Positions 33,675 to 43,626 of a DNA stretch of 64,000 nt are shown here, in pieces (the first letter of the stretch is position 1; the number at the start of each line of letters is the position of its first letter). Under the pieces are notes generated by a model. It made no database searches. It had not been told where the DNA came from and saw nothing but the letters and a program-made list of their open reading frames with translations. The DNA is from Clostridia bacterium (GTDB taxonomy: Bacteria > Bacillota > Clostridia > Christensenellales > UBA1242). The DNA lies in assembly GCA_900767715.1 (NCBI GenBank), contig CAAGAD010000005.1, forward strand, positions 19,697 to 83,696, given 5' to 3'. A program made the translations under genes and the position numbers.

Positions 33675-34766
33675 ATGAAATTAGGAGTTGTTGGCTTGCC
33701 AAACGTGGGCAAGAGTACATTATTTAACGCAATCACCAGAGCGGGTGCAGAGAGTGCGAACTATCCGTTCTGTACAATCGAACCAAACTATGGCGTGGTA
33801 GATGTTCCGGACGAGCGTCTTGATTGGTTGGCTCGTCTTTACAACACGCAAAAAGTCACCCCAGCGCAAATCGAATTCGTAGATATCGCGGGGCTTGTCA
33901 AGGGCGCGGCTCACGGCGAAGGTTTGGGCAACAAGTTTTTGAGTCACATTCGAGAAGTCGATGCAATCGTTCACGTGGTTAGATGTTTTGAAGACAGCAG
34001 TATCATTCACGTCGAAGGCTCGGTTGACCCTATTCGCGACATTGAAACGGTGAACACCGAACTCATTTTGGCAGATATGGAAACGGTGCAGAAGCGTCTT
34101 GAACGCGTGGAGAAGTCTGTGCGCGCGGGCGACAAAACCGCAATGGTTGAGAAAGAACTACTTATGAAAATCAACAACGCGCTGTGTGCCGAGAAACCAG
34201 CACGTATGCTCGAATTTAACGAAGACGAGCAAAAGATTGTTGACGGATTTTTCTTACTCACCAGCAAACCTGTAATTTACGTTGCCAATATCGGCGAGAA
34301 CGACTTGGGAAAGGCGGACAATAATTTCGTTACCAAAGTGAAAACTTATGCAAAACTTGAAAACAGCGAAGTCATCGCACTTTGCGCTAAGATTGAAGAA
34401 GAACTCTTGTCGCTGAACGAAGCCGACCGTGAAGAATTTAAGAGTGCGTTAGGCATTACAGTCAGCGGTCTAGATTTATTGATTCGCGCAAGTTATCACC
34501 TTTTGGGGCTTATCAGTTATTTGACCGCAGGCGAAAAAGAAGTCCGCGCGTGGACAATCAAGGCGGGCACGCTTGCACCACAAGCGGCAGGCAAAATTCA
34601 CAGCGACTTTGAACGCGGATTCATTCGCGCTGACGTGGTGAAATACGACGACTTGGTCGAAGCGGGAGACTACAACAAAGCACGTGAAAAAGGCAAGATT
34701 ATGTCAGTCGGCAAAGACTATGTTTTCCAAGACGGCGATATCGCCTTGTTTAAATTTAATGTTTAG
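33675..34766 (+). CDS. ychF: Ribosome-binding ATPase YchF
   Basis: MKLGVVGLPNVGKSTLFNA G1 motif, with a TGS-like C-terminus (DFERGFIRADV). The upstream extension in the track (33573) overlaps uppP and is rejected. Confidence 0.92.
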   Translation: MKLGVVGLPNVGKSTLFNAITRAGAESANYPFCTIEPNYGVVDVPDERLDWLARLYNTQKVTPAQIEFVDIAGLVKGAAHGEGLGNKFLSHIREVDAIVHVVRCFEDSSIIHVEGSVDPIRDIETVNTELILADMETVQKRLERVEKSVRAGDKTAMVEKELLMKINNALCAEKPARMLEFNEDEQKIVDGFFLLTSKPVIYVANIGENDLGKADNNFVTKVKTYAKLENSEVIALCAKIEEELLSLNEADREEFKSALGITVSGLDLLIRASYHLLGLISYLTAGEKEVRAWTIKAGTLAPQAAGKIHSDFERGFIRADVVKYDDLVEAGDYNKAREKGKIMSVGKDYVFQDGDIALFKFNV

Positions 34767-34774
34767 GATTAGTT

Positions 34775-36457
34775 ATGATTATAAAAAATAAATTAGTAGA
34801 AGAACTAAAAAAGGTTAATAGCGAGTACGACTGGAACGCGCTTGTGACTCAATGCGTGGATAGCGCGAAGGGCGATTTTACGATTGTGTGTTTCCCGCTC
34901 GCAAAACAATTCCACAAAGCACCGCAAATGATTGCCGGCGACCTAGCCAGCATTGTAGAAAAGTGCGAGTTAGTGGATAGATGTGAAATCATCAATGGAT
35001 ATTTAAACATATTTTTGAAGCGTGAGAGCGTGGCTTTGCACATTGAAGATAGTTTTGATGACGAATCAATGTTCAAGGTAGACCAAGTAGGCAAGGGCAA
35101 ACGCGCATTTATCGATTTTTCTAGCATCAACCTTGCGAAATATATGCATATGGGTCACATTCTCGGCACGGCAATTGGCGCTTCAATGGCACGCATTTTG
35201 GAAGCCGTGGGCTTTGACGTTGTACGTATCAATTATGTGGGTGACTCGGGCACTTCGTTCGGTAAGGTTATTGCCGGCTATGAAATGTGGGGCAACAAGG
35301 AAGATGTTGAGAAGCGTGGCGTAGATGCATTGCAAGATTTGTATGTGCGTTTTAGCCAAGAAGAAGAATTGAATCCAGAACTTAAAGAAAAAGCAAAACA
35401 CGCATTCGTTCGCTTTGAAAACGGCGACCCAGAAGTTCGCGCTTTGCACAAATGGTTTAGTGAAATCACCATCAACGAAGCAAAATCGTTGTTTGAACTT
35501 ATGAACATTGAATTTGATGACTGGCGTGGTGAAGCGTATTATACGGGCGCGATTTTGCGCGATAGTCACGAAATGCTTATGGAAAGCGGAATTGTAACCG
35601 AGAGTCAGGGCGCACAAATTGTGGATATGACAGATTGCGGATTAGGCGTTGCAATCATTCAAAAGAGCGATGGCGCAAGTTCATATTTGTCGCGTGATAT
35701 TTGCGCTTTGGACGACCGTTATGATAAATACAAGTTTGACAAAGGTTTCTACGAAACGGGAGTGGAGCAGACCACTCACTTTGCACAACTTTTTGAGATT
35801 ATGAAGCGACTTAATCGTCCGTTTGCCTATGACCTTAAACATATCAGTCACGGAATGCTCACCTTGCCAACCGGCAAAATCAGTAGTCGAAAGGGCAAAC
35901 AAGCGGTTTTGAAAGATATTTTTGAACAAGCAATCAACAAATCTAAATCAATGCTTATCGAACGTAACTACACACCAGAAAAGGTGGAAGAAATTAGTAA
36001 GGCAGTGGGCGTTAGCGCGGTACTGTTCTCAGTGCTCAAAAGCGAGCGCGGAAAGGAAACCGTTTTCGACCTTGAACGCGCCATCAGTTTTGACGGCGAA
36101 ACCAGCCCATACATTCAATACACTTATGCGCGTGCACTAACCGTGTTTAAGAAATCACAAGGATTGGAACTTGTGGGCGACATCAAAGACGTTTTGAATG
36201 ATGATAGTTTTGAACTCTTGAAACTTTTAGGCACGTATAACGACGTGGTGATGTCGGCGTACAGAGATTGTGAGCCTTGTTACATCAGCCGTTACGTTTT
36301 GTCTATTTGTAAACTCTACAATATCTTCTACAATCAAAATCGCGTAATAGACGGAAATAAAGTCAATATGTATAGACTTAAAATTTGTGAAATGGTTTTG
36401 GAAATGTTGTCACGTTGTATGTACCTTCTTGGTATTACCGTAATCGAAGTTATGTAA
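34775..36457 (+). CDS. argS: Arginine--tRNA ligase
   Basis: 560 aa with an HIGH-type HMGH motif, class I fold and a C-terminal DALR-type anticodon-binding region. Confidence 0.88.
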   Translation: MIIKNKLVEELKKVNSEYDWNALVTQCVDSAKGDFTIVCFPLAKQFHKAPQMIAGDLASIVEKCELVDRCEIINGYLNIFLKRESVALHIEDSFDDESMFKVDQVGKGKRAFIDFSSINLAKYMHMGHILGTAIGASMARILEAVGFDVVRINYVGDSGTSFGKVIAGYEMWGNKEDVEKRGVDALQDLYVRFSQEEELNPELKEKAKHAFVRFENGDPEVRALHKWFSEITINEAKSLFELMNIEFDDWRGEAYYTGAILRDSHEMLMESGIVTESQGAQIVDMTDCGLGVAIIQKSDGASSYLSRDICALDDRYDKYKFDKGFYETGVEQTTHFAQLFEIMKRLNRPFAYDLKHISHGMLTLPTGKISSRKGKQAVLKDIFEQAINKSKSMLIERNYTPEKVEEISKAVGVSAVLFSVLKSERGKETVFDLERAISFDGETSPYIQYTYARALTVFKKSQGLELVGDIKDVLNDDSFELLKLLGTYNDVVMSAYRDCEPCYISRYVLSICKLYNIFYNQNRVIDGNKVNMYRLKICEMVLEMLSRCMYLLGITVIEVM

Positions 36458-36489
36458 ACACTAAATAGATTTTGTACATATATAAATGT

Positions 36490-37356
36490 ATGAAATCTAT
36501 TTTTTATGGCAGTTGTGTGGCGCTGGTCACACCTTTTAAACATAATAAAGTTGACTATGATAGTTTTTTGCGTTTAATTAATAGACAGATTGAAAATGGG
36601 ACTAGTGCTATTTTGGTGTTGGGCACAACGGGCGAGGGCAGCACAATCAATGAGCGCGAAAGGATTGAAATCATAAAATTTGCGCGCGAACATACACCGA
36701 AAAATATTCCACTCATTGTTGGTTGCGGAACAAATGATACAAACACGAGTTTGCAACGTGTTTTGCAAGCACAAAGTTTGGGTGCAGACGGAGCGCTCGT
36801 TGTCACGCCTTATTACAATAAAACTACCCAAGCGGGACTCGTCGCACACTACACCACGATTTGCGCTTTGTCAAACTTGCCGATAATTGTTTACAATGTT
36901 CCGTCGCGAACGGGGTTGAACATTGAACCCGACACAATGCAAAAAATTGCTAGCCTAAAAAATGTGGTAGGACTTAAAGAAGCCAACTCAAATATATCTC
37001 ACATTTTGCAGATGTTTAACGTGCTTAAAACCAGCATCGCAATCTACTCGGGAAATGATGATTTGAATTATATATTTTATGCACTTGGTGGAGCGGGAAC
37101 AATAAGCGTTACGGCAAACGTTCTGCCACGTGAAATTGCTAGTCAATTTACGGACGCGAAAACCAGTTTGAAAGTGCACAAAAAGTTGTACGCACTCAAC
37201 AAAGTTTTGTTTTGCGAAGTAAACCCAACACCAGTAAAATGTGCGTTGCAAATTTTAGACTTGTGTCAGGAAGAAGTGCGCTTGCCATTAGTAAATGTGG
37301 CGGACAAAAATGAAAATAAAATTAAGAAAATATTAAACCAATTAAAAATAACTTAA
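36490..37356 (+). CDS. dapA: 4-hydroxy-tetrahydrodipicolinate synthase
   Basis: GSCVALVTPF, GTTGEGSTI and YNVPSRTG motifs. The start (ATG 36490 or TTG 36472) is uncertain. Confidence 0.88.
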   Translation: MKSIFYGSCVALVTPFKHNKVDYDSFLRLINRQIENGTSAILVLGTTGEGSTINERERIEIIKFAREHTPKNIPLIVGCGTNDTNTSLQRVLQAQSLGADGALVVTPYYNKTTQAGLVAHYTTICALSNLPIIVYNVPSRTGLNIEPDTMQKIASLKNVVGLKEANSNISHILQMFNVLKTSIAIYSGNDDLNYIFYALGGAGTISVTANVLPREIASQFTDAKTSLKVHKKLYALNKVLFCEVNPTPVKCALQILDLCQEEVRLPLVNVADKNENKIKKILNQLKIT

Positions 37357-37638
37357 CAAATAAATTATTAAATTAATTATTAATAAAATTTTAAATAAAT
37401 AAAAAAATGACTATAAATATAGCGCTTCCATTTAAAATATGCATAAATTAATTAGTTTTTTAAAAAATAAATGTAATAAAACTATATTTGCATTTATTTT
37501 TTTATTTTAAATTGAATATTGCAATTTAATATTTAAACGATTATTTTAATTAATTTTTAAATATTATTATCTAATAAAAAATTAAAATAAAACGCGTAGA
37601 TAAATTGAAAAATTTTTCTATTGTGATATAATAGCATT

Positions 37639-38868
37639 ATGATAATAACTGATTTAGGAATGAATGGCGAAGGCATTGCGCACGATAATGGCAGAACATA
37701 TTTTGTGCCATACGCACTTGTGGGCGAAAATGTGAATGAAACAGACTCCGGATTTGACATTGAAAAAACTAGCAAAGATAGAGTAGAACCATTGTGTGAA
37801 TTTTACGGCAAATGTGGCGGGTGCCTATTGCAACATTTGGAGTATGAAAAGCAACTCGAATTTAAACGTGAACTGGTGGCTCGCACCATTAAAAAGATTG
37901 CGGGTATTGATGCGGAAGTTTTATCAACTGTTGCGGGCGAGCCATATTTTTATCGCAACAAATTTGTACTGCCTGTCGGTAAGGTGAATGATGAGTGGCG
38001 CGTGGGAATGTTTGAACGTGCAAGTCATAATTTGGTAAGTATAAACAAATGTGTAATTGTGAAGAAGTTTAATGAAAGGTTGATAGAGATTTTTAATCAA
38101 TTTTTACAAAGTGTGGACGGCTCACAAATAAGATATTTCGTCGCACGTGAACAAACGGAAGGGGTGGTTGTCTGCGTGGTGAGTAAGAAAGACATGCGCA
38201 ACGCTTTTGTGTCACTAAATAAGGCATTGAAGACGGAGTTTAGAAACTATGCTCTGTATATGTGCGTAAACTCAAATCCTAAAACCATTTTGTCTAGCAA
38301 TCAAACGCTTATTGCAGGCGATAAAAATTTGGTTGTGCCAGATAGTTTCGTACAAGTGAATGATGTGGTAAGCAAAAAGTTGTACACCGATGTTCTCGCT
38401 GAACTGAATGCGGACGACGTGGTAATTGATGCGTATAGTGGCGCGGGCGATATGACAATAATGTTTGCGAAGAAATGCAAGCGTGTTTACGGCATTGAGA
38501 TAGTGCGTTCTGCTGTGGACAAGGCTAACGCAAAAGTCGGTGCGCTGGGAATCAATAACATTCAAAATATTTGTGGTGACTGCGCGAAAGTAATTCCAAC
38601 ACTTGTTGCGAATGACGACAACATTGTGCTAGTTGTTGACCCACCACGCGCTGGTCTTGACGCTCGCGTTATTGATGCGGTCATTAAATCTAATGTAGGC
38701 AAAATTGTATATGTGTCGTGCAATCCAAAAACGTTGGCACGCGACCTAAAACTTTTGTCGGTTGATTTCGACATAGTCAAGGTTACGCCTTATGATATGT
38801 TTCCGCAAACTCCAAACGTGGAAACACTGGTTGTATTAAATAGAAAAATGAAAAATATAGATAAATAA
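37639..38868 (+). CDS. 23S rRNA (uracil-5-)-methyltransferase, RumA/RlmD(TrmA) family
   Basis: Fe-S cysteines CEFYGKCGGCLLQHL, SAM motif DAYSGAGDMT, DPPRAGL and VSCNPKTLARD. The N-terminal TRAM domain is short. Confidence 0.85.
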   Translation: MIITDLGMNGEGIAHDNGRTYFVPYALVGENVNETDSGFDIEKTSKDRVEPLCEFYGKCGGCLLQHLEYEKQLEFKRELVARTIKKIAGIDAEVLSTVAGEPYFYRNKFVLPVGKVNDEWRVGMFERASHNLVSINKCVIVKKFNERLIEIFNQFLQSVDGSQIRYFVAREQTEGVVVCVVSKKDMRNAFVSLNKALKTEFRNYALYMCVNSNPKTILSSNQTLIAGDKNLVVPDSFVQVNDVVSKKLYTDVLAELNADDVVIDAYSGAGDMTIMFAKKCKRVYGIEIVRSAVDKANAKVGALGINNIQNICGDCAKVIPTLVANDDNIVLVVDPPRAGLDARVIDAVIKSNVGKIVYVSCNPKTLARDLKLLSVDFDIVKVTPYDMFPQTPNVETLVVLNRKMKNIDK

Positions 38869-39094
38869 AATATTAAATAAATTTAAAACATAATAAAAAA
38901 TACACAAAATTAATAATTTTTACAGTAAAAATGCGTTAAAATTTATCATTTTTATAAAAATTTATAAGAAAATAATAAATATCAATATAAAATTAAATAT
39001 TTTTAAATTTTAAACAAATTCATTATTGAGTCAAATTTATTTGCAAAAATTTAAATATTTGTTATCATCAAGAAAACAAAAAAAGGAAAAGTAT

Positions 39095-39607
39095 ATGATT
39101 GAACTTTATCAAGAATATGACAATGATATGTACAAGCGCAGTGCTAGGGTATTGATGAAAAAGATTATGACTATTATGCTCATACTCGGCGTGGTGATTT
39201 TGGCGCTGAGCATACCTTCGTATTTTGAGAGTATTACCGACGGAATCATTTTGTCAGTCGCGGGCGCAGTGTTTTGCACGCTATATTTTTTGATGCCATT
39301 AATCTTTGTGAAAATAAATTCGCGCAACAAAGTCTATTCGCAGAAATTCACTTTCACTCCCGACACGGTCACGGTTGAACTCTTCGACAAACGTCTTAAT
39401 GGCGCGCGCGTCATGATTAACGAGTTCAGTTATTCACAGTTTATCGACATCAGCGAAATCAACGGAATAGTTTTTCTCTTTTTGGCAAAGAATGTCGCTT
39501 TTCTAATTAATGCAAAAAGTTTTCCGTCAGTCGCTGACAAACTTTTGGTGATTGGCTATTTTAGAGAGCAGAAACTCAAAAACACCACAATCAAAAAAGA
39601 AAAATAA
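39095..39607 (+). CDS. Hypothetical 2-TM membrane protein (YcxB-like organisation)
   Basis: 170 aa from the ATG at 39095 (SD AAAGGAAAAG). It has two adjacent TM helices followed by a soluble C-terminal domain. Confidence 0.45.
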   Translation: MIELYQEYDNDMYKRSARVLMKKIMTIMLILGVVILALSIPSYFESITDGIILSVAGAVFCTLYFLMPLIFVKINSRNKVYSQKFTFTPDTVTVELFDKRLNGARVMINEFSYSQFIDISEINGIVFLFLAKNVAFLINAKSFPSVADKLLVIGYFREQKLKNTTIKKEK

Positions 39608-39616
39608 TTTTAAGGC

Positions 39617-39659
39617 GCAACAAAAAAATACGATTGAATCGGTCGTATTTTTTTGTTGC
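39617..39659. terminator. Bidirectional terminator with a 17-bp perfect stem
   Basis: GCAACAAAAAAATACGA-TTGAATCGG-TCGTATTTTTTTGTTGC. Confidence 0.7.
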
Positions 39660-39833
39660 ATATATTTATTCTAATTTAAGTTTAAAAATTAATTCAAGTT
39701 TAAAAAAATAAAAAGTTTTTAATGAATTATATTAAAACAACAACTTGCATTTTGAACAGATAAAAATCTGCACACCGAGTTTGGTTGCTGAATTGGTTTA
39801 GCACCTTAATGCTGACTGCCATCAAGTAAAAAA

Positions 39834-40076
39834 CTAATCCATATTTAATGCGTCGTATGCGAAGAGTTCGCAGTTGAGAAATTCGCTGACGCTCATACCA
39901 AAGCCGTCCGCAATTGCAATCACTGTTTTGAGATTGACACCCTTTGCCTTGCCTTTCATAATGCTTTTAATAGTGTCGTGCGACAAGCACGCCTTTTGTT
40001 CAAGTCTGTATTGCGTCAGCCCTTGCGCCTTCAACAATTCCGCAATACGCATAGCCACCGCCTTGCTTATATTCAC
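39834..40076 (-). CDS. XRE/Cro-type helix-turn-helix transcriptional regulator
   Basis: 80 aa. RIAELLKAQGLTQYRLEQKACLSHDTIKSIMKG is a classic HTH_3. GTG start is preceded by AGGAG at 6 nt. Confidence 0.85.
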   Translation of the reverse strand: MNISKAVAMRIAELLKAQGLTQYRLEQKACLSHDTIKSIMKGKAKGVNLKTVIAIADGFGMSVSEFLNCELFAYDALNMD

Positions 40077-40092
40077 TTCGTACTCCTATATA

Positions 40093-40302
40093 GGTCAAAT
40101 TTCACCTTTTAGTTTATCAATATTTTTTTCAACAATGTGGGTCAAACTTCACCCAAATTGTTGCTTTTATTTTTTCATTGTGTTAATTTAAAATTAATAC
40201 GGGTTAAATTTCACCTATAAATAGCGTGTGCCTAAACTGACGCTTTTATGCGTCCGTGCACAAAGTTTGTTATGCCTTGCACGCACGCTGGGTGAAATTG
40301 GC
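40093..40302. promoter_or_regulatory. Operator array: three direct 14-nt boxes GGTYAAAYTTCACC plus one inverted partial copy in the divergent intergenic region
   Basis: Boxes at 40093-40106 (GGTCAAATTTCACC), 40140-40153 (GGTCAAACTTCACC) and 40202-40215 (GGTTAAATTTCACC). Inverted GGTGAAATT lies at 40291-40299. Confidence 0.6.
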
Positions 40303-40326
40303 AATGCAAAAGATTAAGGAGAGAGT

Positions 40327-43287
40327 ATGGGACAACTACTGGAGATTGTAGATTTTTTAAGTTGGTTATGTAAGCCTGGCGCGAAAATTTTGTTCACAGC
40401 ACTTGACTCGATTGAGCAAATCGTGCTCGGTCTGGCTGGCATAAGCAGCAACGTATCCGCAGAGTCTGGCAGGTCGGAAAATGTGGTGGTGCAACTTTTG
40501 CAGAGTCAAACAACGCGACGACTGATGATGTCGTTTATGCTGTTCGGCATTTTTGTGCTATTCCTTTGCGTCATTCTGGCGATTGTAAGAAATGTGTACA
40601 AAGACGATTCAAAAGTCACAATTTCTTCGATTATCGGTCAAGCCATCAAAGCGGTAATTGGTTTCATTCTTGTGCCAGCGTTGTGCTTGGTAGGCGTAAT
40701 GTTTAGCAATGTCATTTTGCAGGCGATTGCGGGTGTTACGAGTGCGGGCGGAGAAATGGGCAACTCCTTTTCGAGCGGAATATATATGGCGAGCGCCGTC
40801 GGGGAGCGCGGTAACCTATTCTATGATTACACTAACACGTCGTCTAGGGAAGACCTAAACAAAATGCTTGATAAATATGAAAATGCTGACGGAAAGACAG
40901 AAGTTAAAGACACAGAAATAAGTATGGAGTTTTCAACCATTATGTATGCGCAATATCTGTATTACATTTTGTGCGAAAATTATTATTGGACAGAATCGAC
41001 ATATTATAATCCTGATACTCACAATACACAGCAAACCCTATACATCAATTCTCGAAATGATAGCGGAGCGAAACCGCCACAAAAAGAATATTTGGACGTG
41101 TTGGGGCTCAAAGTGCAAACAGATAAGTGCAAATATTTAGACAGTACAACGTTGAGTTTTAATTTCGGCGCAGGATCGGAAGGATTTATTGATACGCCAG
41201 AAGACGTTTTGGCTTTTTATAATGTGTTGTACAGTCAATATCTTAAAAATTTCCCTAATGCCATTGGAAAGGTTAATGTAATAAGAAGTTATAACCAAGA
41301 AAATTTAACCTACGAAGAATTGGTAGAATTGTCCAACACAAGCACAAGTTATCCTAAACTATCTATTCACTTGAAGCAAGGCGAAATGTATTTTGGTTGT
41401 CACGAAAAGAAAGATTACTCATTTGTTTACAAGTATTTTGGAGAATTCGTTTTTGCGAATAACGATTCGTGGAAAAATCAAAAACCAGAGGGTGCAAATT
41501 ATACACTTGGTGAGCGCGGATATAAACTTTTAAAAGGCGCGTACGAGTCGCTCTGCAAGTCGGGGTATTTCCACGCGAACGACAGCAACGATAATATGCG
41601 TTTCGACTTTTGGAAGACGGACAACAGTTTAACCAATACAAAGATTCAAGTTACGCTCGGCATTGGCTCGGAAATTAACTGGTTCTACGCATTCTTATCT
41701 TCTGTGCTCATCTTTAAATCACTATTCTTCCTTTGCTTTGGCTTGGCTAAACGAATCGTGCAATTAATTATTTATTACGTGCTTTCGCCAATAGCGCTGG
41801 CGCTTTATCCATTCGACAATGGCAAGGCGTTCGGCAGTTGGAAGAGCGACTTTATTGGATACACGATTGGTGGCTATGGCGCGGTTGCGGGAATGAATAT
41901 CTCTATTCAGTTGACCAATTTGGTGACTAATCTGTCGCTGTTTAGCAGTTCGTTACTCAATGCGTTCGTGCGACTCATTATGTACATCGTTTTGGCGCAA
42001 GGCATCGAAACTATGGTCAAGATGTTGTCTGGTTGGATTGGAGCGAAAGATCTGCTCGCAGAGGGCAAGGAAACGTCAAACAAGGCTACTGCTCCAATCA
42101 AGAAAGTGGCAGGCGCAGCACTCAAAGTCGGCGGTGCAGTTGTCGGTGGCGTAGTGGCTGCGAAAACTGCTGCCAAAATTGCGTCTAACAAACGCAGACA
42201 AGCAGCCGATGATAAAACCACATTCAATAATATGCCAGCCGATCAACAAGAAGAAATCGCAAGAGCACACGGCTTTAACAGTGCGGCGGACTATATGTCA
42301 TCACTTGACAAAACGATTGCAGACAACGGCTCGGGCTCAGCATTCTTCAAGAGTGCTGGCAAAAGCGCATTGGCTGGTGCGGGTCAAATCCTTGGCTCAA
42401 CCACTGGCGGTGCTCTCGGAAAATCTGCAATGGACGGCTACAAAGCATTTAGGGGCGACCAATCTACACCTTCTGATTCTTGGCTTGCACGAAAGCTTGG
42501 TGGTAAAGGTGATGCTTACAGACAACTTCAAGAAGTGCAAAGCAAAACCACAGCCGCTGTTTTGGGCTCGGAAAGCCAGGCAATCGTGTCGTCTGCAATG
42601 GATAAGTTCGTTGAAAAAACTTCCGAACCAATCAACAAGAGCATTACTGCTGCCAATGTGGAAATGACTGCTGCTCAAACTAATTTAAGATCTGCCGAAC
42701 AAAATCTTGCTAAGGTGGAAAAACAATTTAATGCCGCTTTGGAAAATGCGGTCGGGGTTATGACAAGTAAAAACGGCTTGGATGTATCCAAAGACGACGC
42801 AAAGGCTATGCTTGAACGTGGCGATTTCAGTTCAGTTCAAAACGACCCAGTCAAATATGCTCTTGCGGTTGAAGAAGTTGCGAGATTTAGTCAAACTAAG
42901 ATTGCACAAACTTATCAAGAGGCCAACGACAAGGTACAAGAAGCACACAGCAGTGTTCAAGCAATTCAAAGTAGCATAGACAATCTCAATGATAAACTAG
43001 CAGAAACATCAATGAGTGGCGGAGATATTGGAACATTTATTAGCAATGTAAATGCTAGCATTGACCCTGATATGCTCGGCAATCTTATGGCGGCGGGCGA
43101 TACTGCCACAATAGAAAGAGTGGTTGAAAATGCTATATCTAGTCAAGCCAAAGCAGGTGGTATATCACTTGGCGACGACTTCAAGAAGCAGTTGGTGGAT
43201 ACTATTATGAAAACTATGGCAGGACCTGCAAAGCAACTCAAAGAAACTGCGGATAAAATCAAACAAACCACAACAGGCAAAAAGTAA
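40327..43287 (+). CDS. 986-aa polytopic membrane protein with a large extracytoplasmic insert and a long Ala/Lys/Gln-rich helical C-terminal tail (function unknown)
   Basis: Strong SD AAGGAGAGAG. Hydrophobic helices sit near aa 65-135 and aa 450-560. The Tyr/Asn-rich middle carries no catalytic motifs. The C-terminal ~390 aa is low-complexity and helical. Confidence 0.7.
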   Translation: MGQLLEIVDFLSWLCKPGAKILFTALDSIEQIVLGLAGISSNVSAESGRSENVVVQLLQSQTTRRLMMSFMLFGIFVLFLCVILAIVRNVYKDDSKVTISSIIGQAIKAVIGFILVPALCLVGVMFSNVILQAIAGVTSAGGEMGNSFSSGIYMASAVGERGNLFYDYTNTSSREDLNKMLDKYENADGKTEVKDTEISMEFSTIMYAQYLYYILCENYYWTESTYYNPDTHNTQQTLYINSRNDSGAKPPQKEYLDVLGLKVQTDKCKYLDSTTLSFNFGAGSEGFIDTPEDVLAFYNVLYSQYLKNFPNAIGKVNVIRSYNQENLTYEELVELSNTSTSYPKLSIHLKQGEMYFGCHEKKDYSFVYKYFGEFVFANNDSWKNQKPEGANYTLGERGYKLLKGAYESLCKSGYFHANDSNDNMRFDFWKTDNSLTNTKIQVTLGIGSEINWFYAFLSSVLIFKSLFFLCFGLAKRIVQLIIYYVLSPIALALYPFDNGKAFGSWKSDFIGYTIGGYGAVAGMNISIQLTNLVTNLSLFSSSLLNAFVRLIMYIVLAQGIETMVKMLSGWIGAKDLLAEGKETSNKATAPIKKVAGAALKVGGAVVGGVVAAKTAAKIASNKRRQAADDKTTFNNMPADQQEEIARAHGFNSAADYMSSLDKTIADNGSGSAFFKSAGKSALAGAGQILGSTTGGALGKSAMDGYKAFRGDQSTPSDSWLARKLGGKGDAYRQLQEVQSKTTAAVLGSESQAIVSSAMDKFVEKTSEPINKSITAANVEMTAAQTNLRSAEQNLAKVEKQFNAALENAVGVMTSKNGLDVSKDDAKAMLERGDFSSVQNDPVKYALAVEEVARFSQTKIAQTYQEANDKVQEAHSSVQAIQSSIDNLNDKLAETSMSGGDIGTFISNVNASIDPDMLGNLMAAGDTATIERVVENAISSQAKAGGISLGDDFKKQLVDTIMKTMAGPAKQLKETADKIKQTTTGKK

Positions 43288-43361
43288 AAAATATTACACA
43301 TTTAATGCTTGTTTGCTAATTGATGGCGGATTGTTTCACTACTCACATCAAAAACTATGCA

Positions 43362-43389
43362 AAAAACTGGCTGAAATGCCAGTTTTTTG
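43362..43389 (+). terminator. Rho-independent terminator
   Basis: AAAAACTGGC-TGAAAT-GCCAGTTTTT. Confidence 0.75.
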
Positions 43390-43512
43390 TGTGTTAAAAT
43401 GATAAATGAATTTGTATGTTAAGAAAAATTGCGTTCTAAATATCTGCATTTCAATCTAAAAAAATGACAAACACAAACAACCTCACCCGCAACATTGCAC
43501 GGACTAAAAAAA

Positions 43513-43543
43513 GCAAAAAAAAGAAAAGTCGCTGTGACTTTTC
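43513..43543 (-). terminator. Rho-independent terminator downstream of tRNA-Asn
   Basis: On the minus strand, GAAAAGTC-ACAGC-GACTTTTC is followed by a T-run. Confidence 0.7.
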
Positions 43544-43551
43544 TCTTTGTT

Positions 43552-43626
43552 TGGCGCTCCGTGTAGGATTTGAACCTACGACCGCCCGGTTAACAGCCGG
43601 ATGCTCTACCGCTGAGCTAACGAAGC
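43552..43626 (-). tRNA. tRNA-Asn (anticodon GTT)
   Basis: The reverse complement reads GCTTCGTTAGCTCAGCGGTAGAGCATCCGGCTGTTAACCGGGCGGTCGTAGGTTCAAATCCTACACGGAGCGCCA. The anticodon loop is CTGTTAA. Confidence 0.9.

Noticed and set aside
37357-37640. AT-rich intergenic blocks (also 38869-39094 and 60314-60612) considered as a CRISPR array or tandem-repeat locus
   Set aside because: There are no regularly spaced direct repeats of 24-40 nt, only low-complexity A/T words. No cas genes are present.
39620-43626. Integrated prophage or ICE at tRNA-Asn
   Set aside because: I found no integrase, recombinase, relaxase, VirB4/VirD4 ATPase or capsid genes, and no duplicate of the tRNA-Asn 3' end near 39620-39830. 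Only a possible remnant is reported as a finding.
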